Positions 10,221-24,250 of a DNA stretch of 64,000 nt are shown here, piece after piece. Position 1 is the first letter of the stretch; every line of letters begins with the position of its first letter. Below the pieces are notes generated by a model, which was given only the letters and a program-made list of their open reading frames with translations, was not told the DNA's origin and searched no databases. The translations under genes were made by a program, and so were the position numbers. Source of the DNA: Lama guanicoe (Eukaryota); contig MU054323.1 in NCBI GenBank assembly GCA_013239625.1, positions 4,318,214-4,382,213 on the forward strand, in the 5' to 3' direction.

Positions 10221-12814
10221 TTCACCATATTCAGTCTGTTTTCTCTATGTTGTCATCTCTTCCCTTGTACTTGCTGCTGCCCCCTCACAGGGAAATCTGA
10301 GTTTATTTTTACTCGGGGTTTTACCTGAACTTCACTTTCTCTCAATCCCTTTGTTTCCCTGTGGTAGGGAAAGAAGGAAAAATACATTCCTTGGACTAAA
10401 AGGAGAATTTATAAAAAGTGCCTGCGATGTTCTTGCAGCATATTAGCACTTACTTGCTGGTAGTACTTAGTAGGTGATTATAATGATTATGCAAAGCAGA
10501 CAAATTAGCTAAGTTAACTTCCCACTAAAGCTCATATCAGCGAAGTGCACAGGAGAAAATGAATTCTCTCCCTTACTGTTCAACCAGATGGGGATTCTAA
10601 AGGGGAAAGACCATCCTAACAGGGATAATTAAAAAAGACATCCCCTAGACATCACATTTGAAAGGTACACACATGTGCTCACACAAAACTGTTGTTTTGG
10701 ACCTGTATGCAAAGACCTGGATTTGGAGACAGATTTCAAGGTGGCTTGTTTTAAATAAAAGCAATGAAAACTTGTGATTGAGAACTGCAGCGGCAACTTT
10801 AAAATGCTCATATTTCTGAAATAATGAGCTGCTTTGCAAGATGACAGATTTAAACGATGAAGCATACGCTTCAAAATACTCGCTGTCTAGGCAGGCTTAT
10901 GATATTTCTACAAATGGGGTTTGCATACTCTGGGGGCAACTGTGAAGGGTACATGGAGTACTTCTCAATTTTAACAAGCACTTCATATTGCAAAGTTCTT
11001 TGTAATCACTTGTAATAATTGTTTCTTCCTACAGCTCTGTTATTCCCATTTTACAAATACAGTAAGTGATGCAGATAGAGTAAGGGGAATATTTTGGAGC
11101 CCACTTCCTAGATAAGATCAGGGGCTTGATTTTATTCCACTGAAAATTGCAAGGACTCAGTCTTGCTATTGAAGGGTTGATCTGCGTGTTTCATAGAAGG
11201 GGCTCCATCACTTCCAAGGGGTGGGAGTCACTGCTGAACAGGCAGTTCTGGCTGGACCTGTGCTGCAGGGGAAGGTCACAGGTGGGAGGGGTCATCCCAA
11301 GGATCTAAACTAGCCCCAGCCTTGTCCATCAGCTGCTATGTAACTCTCTGTAGTACTGTCCTTTCAAGGAATCATTCACTCATTCCTTCATTCAGGGGCA
11401 ACTCTTTAGTGAGCAGCCACAAAGAATCTGTATCAAAAGCTTTCTAACTGAAAGACGACTTGGAGATCTGCCTCTGCATCTTGCCACCCAACTCTCAGAG
11501 ACCAAAAATGCTCACAGAATTTTGTACTTGAACTGTCTCGAGTCATATACAATTTGGATGTTGAGTGGAAGGTGAACATTTCTAAGTTTTATCAACCATG
11601 GTTTTTAAAAAGCCGTAAGTCCTAGGAGATATTTGTCTAAATATGTTAAAGATCAACTGATACATAATCTTGCCTGCCCTTGAAAGCCTGAAGTGATTTT
11701 ATCGTCTCTGTGAAACTCTCTGGACCAGCTCATCCTCTGATCTTTAACCACTCAAGGTTGGTATTACAGTGTATTCCATTTCAATTCAATCCCAGTCAAT
11801 ACTTATTGTTTGATTATTTACTTTTTTCAGGTCCAGTGCTGGGTCTAGGCGTCCCATACCGTGCACTTTAATAATTCTTTTTTGTTAATTTCATGTCTTG
11901 ATATTATTTTACCTATGATATTGTGAGCTTCCAAAGGACAGGATGCAGCTGACACTTCCCCTGTTTTTCCTAGAATTGCCCAATACAGTACTTTGCACAG
12001 AGGAGAAGACTGATGATAGTAGCCCATCAACTAAATTGCCTAAATTTCAGTGCTATTGACTGATTTACTATTATTTTCCAGATTCCTGTTAAGCCAGAGA
12101 ATGAGGTTGCATCTTGTTTTCTAGATGAATATTTATTTCATAGTCCTGACTCCTTCCTTTTATATCATAGAAACCCACTAAAACTTCTTTTTTGGCTCTA
12201 ATTATTACCTGGCATACATTACCCTTCCTTTTTCCTCTTTTTCACTGACCTTCTGCATAGCTTTTAAATTTGCACAGATCTGTGATAAGACAGGGAATTC
12301 TGCCACTCCTTGACAGATATTCTGTCATTCTGTGCATTTCATAAAGACAGAAGAGGCAGTAGAAATTAGCAATGTCACCTCCAACGTCAAACTCAGTTAA
12401 CAATCTTTTCCTATTCATTTTCGTACTCTGCTTAGCCCAGAGTTTTTACTGTTGTCTTCTTTTTTGAAACCGGAAAGCGTGTCTACATTTTCTTCAAGGA
12501 ATGGTGACAGGAGATGCAGCCGTTGAGAAAAAGCTGGTAGAGGGAAAAAATTATGTTAAAACACATGGCCTGTTAGAGTCAAAATATATTCTGGAAAGAG
12601 ATTTCCGAGTTTAATACCCATTATTTGCAAACAAGGAACCTAAAATCCAAAAAGTAAGCATTTTATACTGGTCACCTAGCAAGTCGTTGGAGACTTTGAA
12701 CTGTATGCTGGATTGGTGACATTTTGACTGGCTACTCTGATTCATCAACATAAAATCCTCTGTGAGGTAACATGTGCTGGGACATTGACCTATTCTGTTA
12801 AGCTACCCCTGGGG

Positions 12815-13050
12815 AGGCATATATCATAGTAGTTTAGAGCACAAGATTTGGAGTTTGATGGGTCTGGAGTTTCAAAATCAGGCTCAGGAAATAACCTTGA
12901 GCAAGTTATGTTCCTTCCTCTAGTGTCTGTTACCTCCTCTATAAAATGAAGATAATGATGCTGTCGACAGGGTTGTTGTGCGAATTAAGTGAGCTAACAG
13001 CCCACAATCTGGCATGCTGTGAGGCTCAAATCATGGCTCTTACTATTACA
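12815..13050 (+). mobile_element. MIR SINE
   Basis: catagtagtttagagcacaagatttggag...accttgagcaagtta...ctataaaatgaagataatgatg...agggttgttgtgcgaattaagtgag. Confidence 0.8.
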
Positions 13051-13174
13051 CACACACCATTTAGAAATAATTGTGAGGCACACAGATGAGTTCTTTAGCA
13101 GAGGAAGCACATGTTGTTGAATTTCTAAAGTAGCTGTTGGTGACCTATTAAACTAGGACATTACCCACTTGCCG

Positions 13175-13315
13175 CATTTATTCATTTGCCTGTTCATTGG
13201 GTACCTACATGGGTATTTACCGGGTGCCTGCTCAGTGCCACCTACTGTGCTAGGCACTGTCAACACAGAGGCCATGCAGATGTGATCTCTGTCCTTGAAG
13301 TGGTCTCACAGAGAA
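13175..13315 (-). mobile_element. L2 3' end fragment
   Basis: atttattcattt...tatttaccgggtgcctgctcagtgcc...ctgtgctaggcactg is an antisense L2 tail. Confidence 0.55.
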
Positions 13316-16300
13316 GTAACTGCTTTTGACAGATCAGAGTAACAGTAGAAGGACCTAGCCTAGAGAAAATATTGAACCCCACCAGTTGGGTTTTAGAGAG
13401 TCAAAGAGCCCTTTGAATCACTGAACTATATTTGTTTTATTTCTAAGGTTTATATGATCAGGTCCATGATGACATAACATCAGGAAAATCTGTCCTCTCC
13501 TAATATGTGCAAACAAATTCAGAAATGACATATTGCAAAGGTAGGTCATCTCTGATTTAAGATGCTCTGGCTTTCTCCTAAGGAATCAGCCTTCGCCTTA
13601 TTTCCTCTGCTTCCTCTTTCCCGAGGGATCACCGAGGAAGTTAGCATTGTGAAGTGATGGATGCATACAGATCACTCACTCTAGCAATGATTCTCTTTTT
13701 GAAGGACAATGGAAGCAAGTTTTAGGGTAGGTTTAATTTATGATTTTGCTTATGGGTGAGCTCAGGTAGGACCTGGAGTAGATGGAAAATCATATGATAT
13801 TTTCACTTATCAGAAAAAAGATGCTTTATGACAAAGATGAAATGAAAACTGTCCTTTGGGAGTAGAGAACGAATGTCACTAAGAATGTTGTCAGGAAGAG
13901 CAGATCCCTGTTTTGCTGCAAAACAGAGTGATAAAAGGCAGGGCTAGCCTGGAGGGACAGCTCAGCTCCTCTCTTGGACCTCTGGGAAGATTGAGGCCCA
14001 GGGGGCTTTGCTAAGGTCCTAGGTGAGCTCTGGGTGGCCCTGGGGTCGTTGTCTGCCCCAGTCCATTCCCTTGTCCTCCGTGAGAGGGCTTTGTTCCCTG
14101 TGATCCGCAGTGCATGGTCTGAGAACTCTTCCTCGTCTTTGAGGGCCTTCAGGACATGTCCATCTACTCGATTCTGCAGTACCTTCCGGTGGGACTTCTC
14201 CATATAGCTTGCTCTGCTGCCTCCAACCATCATTTGTTTCTGTCACCCTTTTGATTGCTGTGCTGGACTTTAAGAATTGAATTCTTTCAAACTCTGACAT
14301 CAAGGGTTCAACCTGGAACCTTGAACCGAGCTTCCCTCCTGAGCACCCTGCCTCCTCCTTTATACTGTCCTCTCACTTCCCTTCATTCACCCTCCGCCCT
14401 TACCCAGCTCCACTTGGCACATGGCAGAGCATTGTTGAATGCAAAGCATTCAATAAACATCTGTTAGATTAAACAATAGCAGTGACTAAACATAGAGAGA
14501 ATAAGCATAATGAAAGATAATGTCACACAGCACAGAGGATAACATGGACCCTCACAGCATACAGAATTAACTGAAGCACCTTTCTGATCTGCTCTGCCCA
14601 ACTCTGTAGGAAAAGAGCTCCGCTATGAAAGGTTAAAGTTTGCTCTTTGCCTCCCTGATTTATTTTCTTCCCATGTCCCTGTGTCTTTGTAAATGTCTCT
14701 CTATGTTGTGTTGCTGGGGCAGTCATCTCTGGAGCTGCTAATTGTGCCTTCATGGATCCACAGTACTTCTTGTGGCCTTGATAGATGACTGTTCCATTAA
14801 TGTGTTTACATTTCCAAAACACTTTGTGCTTTTCCTCCCTTGGGAGGGCCTGGGGTATGTAGATAGGGATGGCTCTGTGCACAGCCGACTTCCTCTGCCC
14901 TGCCTTAAATTCAGCACAGGAGATTGCAGCCAACAATGAGAATAAGGCCTGCAGAAGCTGCTTTGAGACCTGTGGTTACTAAGGGGAGAGCAATTCAATG
15001 GGCGGTGAGAGGTGTGGACTGGGGGAGTGGGGTAGGGTAGTCAATATGTGGTCTCTGTGCCCCCCAGCTGTAACTCATTATTGAAGGCTCCTACTAAAGA
15101 CTCCTGATCCTTAGGTTGCTCTGACCCAAACCTCTGCATCATCTTGCCCTCAAGGCTCCTTTAAGTTCTGGTTTTTCTACCTCTGATGCTTGCACTGGCT
15201 CCCTTATTTCCAGGACATGGTTGTCTGGATTCCAGACCTACCTCCACCTGTTCGGGCCCCTGTGTTTCATTTAACACTAATCCAGTTGTTCTTTCTGTTT
15301 TCAAGGCCTCTAACAGTCATGCATTCCACATCCACTGTTAGCTGCCTCGGTTAGTCTCAAAATGCTCCAACCCATCGTACCGTCTTCTAACTGGCTTTCC
15401 CCTCCAGCTGCCCTCATTGCCAACCGATCATCTCCATAAGACAGACGGCCTTTTCCATATGCCAGTCATCTGGTCAAGGACCTTCTGTGGCTCCCACTGC
15501 CTTTGGAACAGGCCCTCAAGGATAGTTGCTGATTGATGGATTGCTCTGTAAACTCTGCACGGTGCCTGTGTTTACGAGGCCCTGACACAGCTTTTAATGA
15601 CCACTCACATTAATCTCTCTCTCCAAAAAGGTCTTTGGAGATGTTTAATGTGCAGCCTGTGTCTCTTTCAAGTTGATGGGTTTGCCTGAGAGGTGGAAGT
15701 AACTCCAAAGAAACCATTGAGTTTAAACAACACTCTGAATGACATGCCTTCTTTTGGGATATTTCTCCAAACTGATCAGCTTGCTTGGAAGTGGAATCTG
15801 CCTTCATTTTTAGCATCACTCTAAATTTGAATGCTGTTGGTGTCTCAGAGCACCGAGATGTTCCTTGTGACAGCTAGAGCAAAGTCTAATTATGGAAAGA
15901 TAAATATGAGTTCCAACTTCTTGCTTTTCCCCAGGATGTCACAACCCTAAATGCTTAGTGAGTTCAGATTTTTGTGAGTCACTATCATTGTGCAGGAGAA
16001 AAGTTTATATTATTAAATTTACTCTTAGCTGTACAATTTCTTCAGAGACCTAGAGCTCTTCCTGCCTTTACAAATTTAAAGAAATTGGATAAAGAGACAA
16101 TAACCAGAGCTTTCCTGGAGACACTGGGTATTTTGATCTATTTTTACTGCAGCCTATTTCCAAGGGCAACACATCTCTGATTTTTTTAATCAAATGGTGT
16201 GAATCGAAAGTTGCAGCCTGACCTCTGAAGCAGACACCACGGGATGTCAACGGCAGCTGTGAATAGTGTGAGCACCAAAAAGGAGTTGTCTTGGTCTTAC

Positions 16301-18629
16301 TATGGGAAAATAACCTTGACCCTATGCTGAGGAGGCAGACTGCCATCTCAAAGGGGGCGAGGGTTGCTGTTCCTTTGGAGCTGCAGCATTTTGATCTGCT
16401 GCTGCTCTTGTCTGGGCACTGGTTAAGTCTGAACCAGGAGGGCTACTGTGCCTGGCTGAGGAAAGATGAGAAGATTAGTCCAACTTCTCACTGCTGTCAG
16501 CTCTTTCTTCAGTGAGTGAGTGTCACAGGTAGATGCTGCTGAGAAAGCTCAGTGGAAAGGCGGAACAGAGGGCAATCGAGCAGAGAGAAAATCACATTTA
16601 TATTTGTTTTTGAACAGCAGGGATCACCATTAGCAAATTCATGAATTAAAGTCTTATTGACACTTATATTGTAATTAGGATCACCCTTTCTTTGCTATAG
16701 GGTCGGCCTTCTGAGTTTCAAATCTAAGAGTCTCAGTGCCTACAGTGTAAAAATAATGATTAATTTATAAAAACCAGGGGAGGACACTGTTGAATGTTCC
16801 TCTTTCCCCTAAGAGTTACGGCCCATTTCATGTGCTCTTCCCCAAATCAGTGCAAAACCTGAAATTACCTGTCCACTCTTTGGCTTTGCTTCTAGTTGGT
16901 GAGTTTCAAGAGGACAGAGATTATGTCTGTCTCATCATTGTTCTCTGTGGCCCTAGTTTCTAGAATGGTGTCTGTCACATAGTACACGTCCAATTAACAT
17001 GTGTTGCATGAATAAATAATATTTGAAAGGTCACACATTTGGCACTTCTGAGTTCAGTCAATAATCTTCATGTGCTAAATCCTATAATCACAGTGATTGT
17101 ATCTCTGAGAGCCCAACTTTAAATCTCTATCCTATTTTTACACTACATTACTTTACCCATCCTCAAGGCACAGGGCTTACACAGCTCAGAAGATCCTCCT
17201 TCTCCCTCAGAGAAAAATGAAAAAAAAAAAAAAAGTGCAGCACAGCCAAACCAGTCATGTTCACCCCTGAGCTGGGGCAGAAGTTAGCTGAGGGACAGAT
17301 CTGGTGACCTAAAGGGGCTTAGAAACTGGGTGAGGGACAGAGCCAAAGATGGGACTGTGGATAGTGAGTGCAGAGGCAGGAAGAGTCTGGCTCAGAAAAC
17401 ACATTTGAAGACATGCCAATCGCCGAGAACTAGACATGTCTACAGCCAAAGACAGATGAGACAAATTGTATCTCAGGGGATACCAGCTGAGTTCATGGGA
17501 TAGTCTCAGATGAGAGTTCATCTCCCTGCTGATTTCTGGACACTGGAAAAATCCCCTGGAATTTAGCTGTCACCCCAGGGAAGAAGTGAGGAGAGAAAGG
17601 ACTCTTAATTGACACCATCTCTCCAAACAGACCAAAAATAAATAAATCAATGCAATGTCATTCACTTGACCTTTACCCCCAAAAAACAGTTTCCTGCTCC
17701 CTCTTCTTGGGAGACGGAAAAAAGGAATAAACAAATTTAGAGAAAAATGACAGAAATGCTTGAATCGCCAGATCTAATTATCAAAAACTGATCATGGTCA
17801 TTTTCAGAAAAGTTAAATTTAAAAAAAAAGCCGCTTGGAGAAATAAGTGGCTGCTTATGTACATGAAGTACACCTTCACATTACTTTCATATACTAATCC
17901 ATGTGATCTTTTCAAGCAAATCTTCCCTTTGTTTCGCCATATCTTCTGCTAAAGGATGAATGATGAAGCTAAAATAGATGACCTGCAAGTAATTAAACCT
18001 GGTGTTTACTTTCAAAAGTGGAACCTCTCTAAAGAGCACAAGGTCCTCGCTGTCGATTTTTTTTTTTTCCTTAAGAGGGGGAAGGATGAGAGAGAAGAGG
18101 CTGCTGAGGCTGAAATTTTAATTTTTAGGCTAGGTTTCCAGAAACTTCTTAATAGGACTTTTGAATTCATGTTCTGCTGGGGGCAGAAAGAAGCTCTGTT
18201 GTCTACTGGGTATCTGAGAGAGATGGCACTGGCCCTCCTGTGTACAATCTCAAACCTGGAAATAATGACTCATTTTGGAATGAAATTCAGCTGGCAATCT
18301 GATTTTTAAGACTTCAGCATTAAAAAAAAAATCAGCTTCTATGCATTGTACTGTATCCACACAGGAAGAGAGCAGATTTGACAGTTGAATTGTTAATTTC
18401 CTTGTCAATGTAATGGTGAGTTAACTTGAAAACTATGTAACAATATTTGTTCTTTGAAAAACCTAATACCGCTACCATGAATTTTGAAAAGTCTGTTTTT
18501 AATTAATTTGTCTCATTTGGGTTCCAATATGAGCATGCGGTCTGTTTTCACCATCCTGCCCTCCCTTTCTTCCCCTCTCCCTCCAGCTTTCCCTTCTTCT
18601 CATCTCTCCCTCTCTTCCTCCCTCCCCCC

Positions 18630-21050
18630 TCTCTTCTATTTTTGGAGATATGATTTGCATACAATAAAATGCATTGATCTAAACTGTTCAATTTGAATAC
18701 TTTTGACATTCACATATCCCCAAGTAACCAGTACTCAAAATAAGATACAGAATATCATCTTCATCCAAGAAAGCTCTCTTCTTCTTTCCAATCCAGAATC
18801 TCCCAATGTCCTGATTGCCATCATTTTAGTGTTGCCTATTCTTTGATTTCATCTACATATGTGGCATGTGCCTTTTGTGATTGACTTCTCTCTCTCAACA
18901 TAATGTTTTTGAAATTCACTCATGTTGATGTGTTAGTTTGTTCCTTTCTGTTGCTGAGTAGTACTCCATTGTATGAATATACCAAAATTTATCAATATTC
19001 TTGTTAAGGAACTTTTGACCCATCTGTAGTTTTTGACTATTATGAATAAGGCTGTCACAGGTCTTCTGTGGGCATGTATTTTCATTTCTCCGGGTAAATA
19101 TCTGGAAGTATAATTACTGGGTTATAGGGTATGTGTATACGTCTGCAGATACTGCCAAACAGTTCTTCAAAGATGATGAATGATTTTATATTCTGACTAG
19201 TACAAGAGCTCCAGTTGCTCCAAATCTTCATCAACATTTGGTATTTTCAGTCTTTTGTTTTTTAATTTTAGCTATTCTAGTGATTGTGAAATAATTTTTT
19301 TAGTTTTTTAAAAATTTGCATTTCTCTGATGATTAATGACATTGATTATCTCTTCATGTGTTTATTGGCCTTTTGCACATCATTTATTTATGAAGTGTCT
19401 GTTCAAATATTTTGCTCAAATTTTTATTGCATTATGTTTTTATTGCTGATTTGTAGCAGTGTTTTATATAGTTTGGATGTAAGTTTTTTGCCAGAGGCAT
19501 TTAGATACTTTCATATATAGTATTTCATTCAGTCTGGGCTTGCTTTTACATTTCCTTACCTGTTTCTTTCAATAAGCAAAAAGTTTTTATTTTGATAAAA
19601 TCCAACTTATGAATTATTTTAAGGTTTATGCTTTTGGTGTCCTATATAATAATTATTCCTTTCAATGAGTTTGTAAAATGCTAGAAGTTTCATAGTTTTC
19701 TCTTTTAAATTTTGGGTTATGATCCATTTCAAATAGACCTTTATGTAGGGTGTGAGGTAAAGGTTTTAGCTAATTTCTTTTCCATACAGAGGTCCAGTTG
19801 TTCTGATACCATTTATTCAAAAAACGATCCTTTCCCTGTTGAATTATCTTCACACCTTGAACATAAATTAACCTAACATGTATGTAGATGCCTCCTTCTG
19901 GACTCTCTGTTTCACTTTTATTGCTCTATATCACTTATAGATGTAATCTATCTATAAGACATTAATATCAGAGTCTGATTACTGTAGCTTTCTAGTAAAT
20001 TTTGAAATCAAGTGCCAACCTTATTCCTTCTTTTAATCTGTTTTTTAACTTTAAAATTTGAAATTTTATCAGACTTACAAAGAATTATAAAAACAATACA
20101 AAGAATGCACTCCAAATTCCCAAATATTAAAATCTTAATACAACCACAATACCATACATACCAAACCAAAAAAAAAATTGATAGAATATTGTTATCTAAT
20201 ATACAAATCTTATTCAAGTTGCATCATGCCTTTTGCTCATCTGGGTTTCCATCCATTATCATTTCCTTTCAGCCTGAAAAATTCTCCCAGTTGTTCTTGT
20301 AGTGCAGATCTATTGAAATCAAATTATGTCAACTTTGTTTTTCTTTCTAAAATGTCATTATTTTGCCTTCCTTTTTTTTAGGATAAAATTTTAGATTGAC
20401 AGAATTTTTTCTTTAAACCTTTTACAGGTGCTGTTTCTTTGACTTTCTGGCCTCCATTGTTTTGGGTGACAAGCTAGTTGTTTGGGGGTTTTTTGTTTTG
20501 TTTTTGTTTTTGTTTTTATTTATTTTTTAATACCAGTTTCTCTTTTGTATAATCTTTCCTCTGATGCTTTTAATGATTTTTTTCTTATCTTTTGTTTTTG
20601 GAAGTGTGATGATGGTATGCATTGCTCTGTTTTTATTTTAATTTATCCTGCTTAAGTTTCAATGAGTTTCTTTAATTTATGATTTGGTGTTTTAAAAAAA
20701 TTTTGAAAATTCTCAGCCAGTAGCTCTTCAAATATTTCTGCAGACCTATGCAATGTCTCCTTCCAGGACTCCAATTATTCATATGTTAGGCCATTCAATA
20801 CTGTTCTAAAGAGAGGTTCTGTTCAATTTTTTCTACTATTGTTTGTATTTTAGTTTGGGTTAATTACATGTTCTAATATTATAGTTCTTTAATTCTTTTC
20901 TGTTGTGTCACTCTATTGTTAATGTCATTAATGGGTTCTTAATTTCTAATATTGTATCTTTTTTCATTTCCACTTGACATACTTAATTCCTTTTGTCTTT
21001 AGAATTCCCTGTCTCTCTGCTGAGATTCCTTGTGTCATTACACATGTAGT
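18630..21050 (-). mobile_element. Ancient LINE-1 cluster (L1MB/L1MC-like 3'UTR-ORF2, then 5'-region remnants), antisense
   Basis: ttgctgagtagtactccattgtatgaatatacca, ttcatttctccgggtaaata, tttgcatttctctgatgattaatgacattga, tgtagggtgtgaggtaa, tctggcctccattg, cttcaaatatttctg. Confidence 0.8.
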
Positions 21051-22371
21051 TTTGGATTTGGAATGAGGAACTTTGGGTGGGTGTGTTCCCTGTCTTTGCT
21101 TTTCCACTCGTGGGAGGGCCAAGAACCCTCACAATCCCTGCTGACTACCTGCTGGGGTAGCAGAGAATAATCTGGCTTTCAGCTGTTTCCAGCCTCAACG
21201 AATATGTATTTCTTCTTGTTGAGGCTGTTCATTGAGAAGAATGACTGAAGGCAGCTCCTGTAGGGAGGTTCCTCGTGTGGTCTAAGTTTGCCAGATCACG
21301 AGGTTAGGCATGCAGCCTCCTTAAAGAGTTACTCTGAAGAGAAGAGCATGCATCGGAAGGTGGGGCGCGCTAAGGTCAGAGTGATGGAATCCCAGCAGAA
21401 AGCAGTATCTTATCACTTGCAGTGTTTAGAAATGCTGGCTCATGATAATAACACAAGCACACTGATTTTTTTTGTCCATTGTATTATTGTTTTTAAATTC
21501 TCTACAAGCAATATTTCCTTTTATCACTTGCATCTGGGGTGGACATCTACCAATACTCTGGCTTTGGACTGCCATTGCTTGAAGGCACAGGGGTCTTTTT
21601 TGGTAAGTTATCCACTTTATTATGGCCACAGATCATTATTCTATGAAGGCCCCAATAGAAATAGACTTTCCAGTGAAGGAAGGTCCACAGCATACCTGGG
21701 GATCAAAGATGTCTAATATTAGGACATTGAAATTTCTGTTGATTCTTCTATAAGGCAGGCTATTCCATAGAAGTAAAAACAACTTCATTTTCTCAAGACA
21801 GTAAGAAGAAAAGAAAAACAAAAACTTGAATTCAAACTAATGCTGTCTTTTTAAGTTTCACAGCCTCTTACTGCAGCATGCTTCTGGACATACCAGCTCC
21901 TTTTCGTTCTCCAGAGCTGTGTTTTATGCTGGTTGTTACTGGCAAGAGTCATGCCAAAAAGGCAGAGGAATTTAAGCAGAGAGAGCTTTAGAGCATTATG
22001 TATTGGTCTCTGGCGAGGGAGCACTTGACTGAACAAGAACCAGCCAGATACAGTGTCTCCAAGGTGAATCTGTAATAACTTAGGTGGCAGTAATTTCCTA
22101 GGAGACTGGCATAATTATACCCAAACAAATTGCTTGAACAGACACATATTTATTAACATGAGATTAAAACTCTCAAGTTTGAGCAAACCTGGAGAGTAAC
22201 AGCCAAAGCCAAAGCAGGGAGGAGCGCCGGTAATCTGACACCCAACACCAGAGGGCTGATAAAGAGCCAGGGTGGGGTCCAGCCTGCATCTGGGGCCCCT
22301 GAGGACTCGGCTGTAGGTTCTTGTTTACTGCAAAAAGCAATTAACATCAGCAGATAAGAACACTTAGAACT

Positions 22372-22885
22372 TGTATCAGTTAGCTGACTAATGTGTAACA
22401 AGTCACTGCATAATTTAGTGGTTTTAAACAGCAACCATTTAGCTAGTTTATAATTTAGGCTTGATTCAGCTGGGCAGTTTTGTTGCATCTTGGCCCTCTC
22501 CTGTGTCTGCCAGCAGCTGCAGGTCAGCCAGGCAGCAGGCCTTCGGAGGTGGGTTGGCTGTCGGGTGGGGCAACAGGATGACAGGGACCAATGTCTCCAG
22601 TCCTCCAGCAGCCTAACCCAGACTTGTCCTCATGCTGGTTCCAGGGTTCCAAAACAGCAAGCAGAGCGGACAAGGCCTTGGGAGGGTTAGTTCACAACTG
22701 GTACACCATCATCTGCACTAAATTCTGATGTCAAAGCAAGCTATAAAGATAGCCCAGAATCAAATGGAGAGGAAATAAACTCCATTTCTTGATGAAAGGA
22801 GCTGCACCATCTCATTATAAGACATCACAAAGAGCATAGGCACAGGGGCAATGAAGGGCTGTGGGCTTTTTAAAAAATCTATAGC
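22372..22885 (-). mobile_element. Old MaLR solo LTR (MLT1G/H-like)
   Basis: tgtatcagttagct...ttagtggttttaaacagcaaccattt...cagctgggcagtt...caaagcaag...agcccagaatcaa...ggaaataaactccatttcttgatgaaaggagctgc. Confidence 0.75.
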
Positions 22886-22989
22886 AAAACCATAAAAAAA
22901 AAAACAACCCATAAACCTACCAGAAGTAGAAGTAAACACTGAGTATTCACATCAAGGATCTCTATTCTATGTTTTCTGTTAAATTAGAC

Positions 22990-23560
22990 ATACCTTTATT
23001 AAACAAGTTCTATAAGCAAGGTACTGTGTTCAGTACTCTGCGGGGAGACTAGCTTTTTAAAAAAAAGATATTGCTCCTGATTTCTAGGAGCTTACACTAG
23101 AAGCGGGACAGACAGGCACACAGACAGTTATACTGTCTTCAAAATCACCAATACTGTGATATTTCATAATAAGGAATATGGAAGTGGGAGTGTTTAGATA
23201 ATGATACCACAGGGCTTGTAAGATTTCACACAGGTTGCTGTAAGGGCTGAACAAGAACAATGGTGGCATTTAATCACCAGGTAGGCTGAGTTGTGCTGAG
23301 GCACGGAGTCAAGGAACCCTGAAATGACAGCGTCTGTCTGGGTGAGGTGGAGATATTGGAAGCAAGCAGGTAGATGTGCGATTTAGCTTGATGGAAGGTC
23401 ACTGAGAAAGCGGGTGATCTCGGGTTTCTGATCAGCTGGATTAATTTACCAACCACCACTTACTTGGTGGTGAAATGGATTTAATAGACTGGAGGACAAG
23501 AAGCAACAAAACTGGGTAACAACTCAGATGGAGGTTAGAGAAGAGGCCACTGGTAGCTGA
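22990..23560 (-). mobile_element. L2 LINE fragment
   Basis: tttattaaacaagttctataagcaaggtactgtgttcagtactctg...ctaggagcttacactag... follows the antisense L2 pattern. Confidence 0.5.
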
Positions 23561-24069
23561 AAACCAAGTCAATACAGCTGAGATCGTGACTAGAAAGTAT
23601 ATAGATTTATATAGATGACAAACACATGCCTACTTTTTGCGTTGGTTTCCTGTCCTCTTCAGGCACATTTTCTTGGTCATATCCCCAGAAAGACTTAAGC
23701 ATTCCCATACGGTTCTCTCATAGCCTTTTCCTTCCAAATTAGTTACGGGAGTGGCACAATGACTATTTATGTAATTTTTATTCCTTTAACAACTATCGAT
23801 GGGCTGATTTCATGTATCTCAAGCTTCATATACTCATGTCATGAGAAATGTATAAAGACGTTAAACACGTATCCATTCTGGTCCTGTTCTTGACATTGCA
23901 TGGTTCTGTGGCCATGTTGTGAAATTCAGTCACTCTAACTTGTAACAGAAGGCAGTTCCTTGGGCAGTGAGTGCTTGGGGTCTTAAGTTTCCCATCTTTG
24001 ACCATGATCGTGTGCACAGCATGAAAAGGGGGCTGTAGAAGGAGTGGCTTATGTGCCAATATGAGCAGC

Positions 24070-24250
24070 AATGCAGAATAAGAGTCGTAAGAGTCTCTGC
24101 ATTCAGATTTTCCTGTTCAAATCATGGCACTCTCCCTTTCCAGTCCGATAATTAAGGGCAAGTTATTTGTTCTGCTGATGCCTCTGTAAAGCGCTTAGAA
24201 ATGTGCATGGCAAGAACTAAATAGATGTCTGCAATTAATAGTAATAATAG
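24070..24250 (+). mobile_element. MIR SINE fragment
   Basis: tcctgttcaaatcatggcact...agggcaagttattt...tgtaaagcgcttagaaatgtgcatggca. Confidence 0.6.

Noticed and set aside
13826..14303. 135-aa and 94-aa minus-strand ORFs with protein-like composition
   Set aside because: No family recognised and no convincing splice boundaries. Consistent with chance.
15530..15539. TGATTGATGG Pbx-Hox-like site
   Set aside because: It lies within L2-like decayed sequence whose tails give similar text, and it has no supporting motif cluster.
21288..21716. 142-aa ORF
   Set aside because: Non-ATG start, no recognisable motif, and no exon structure.
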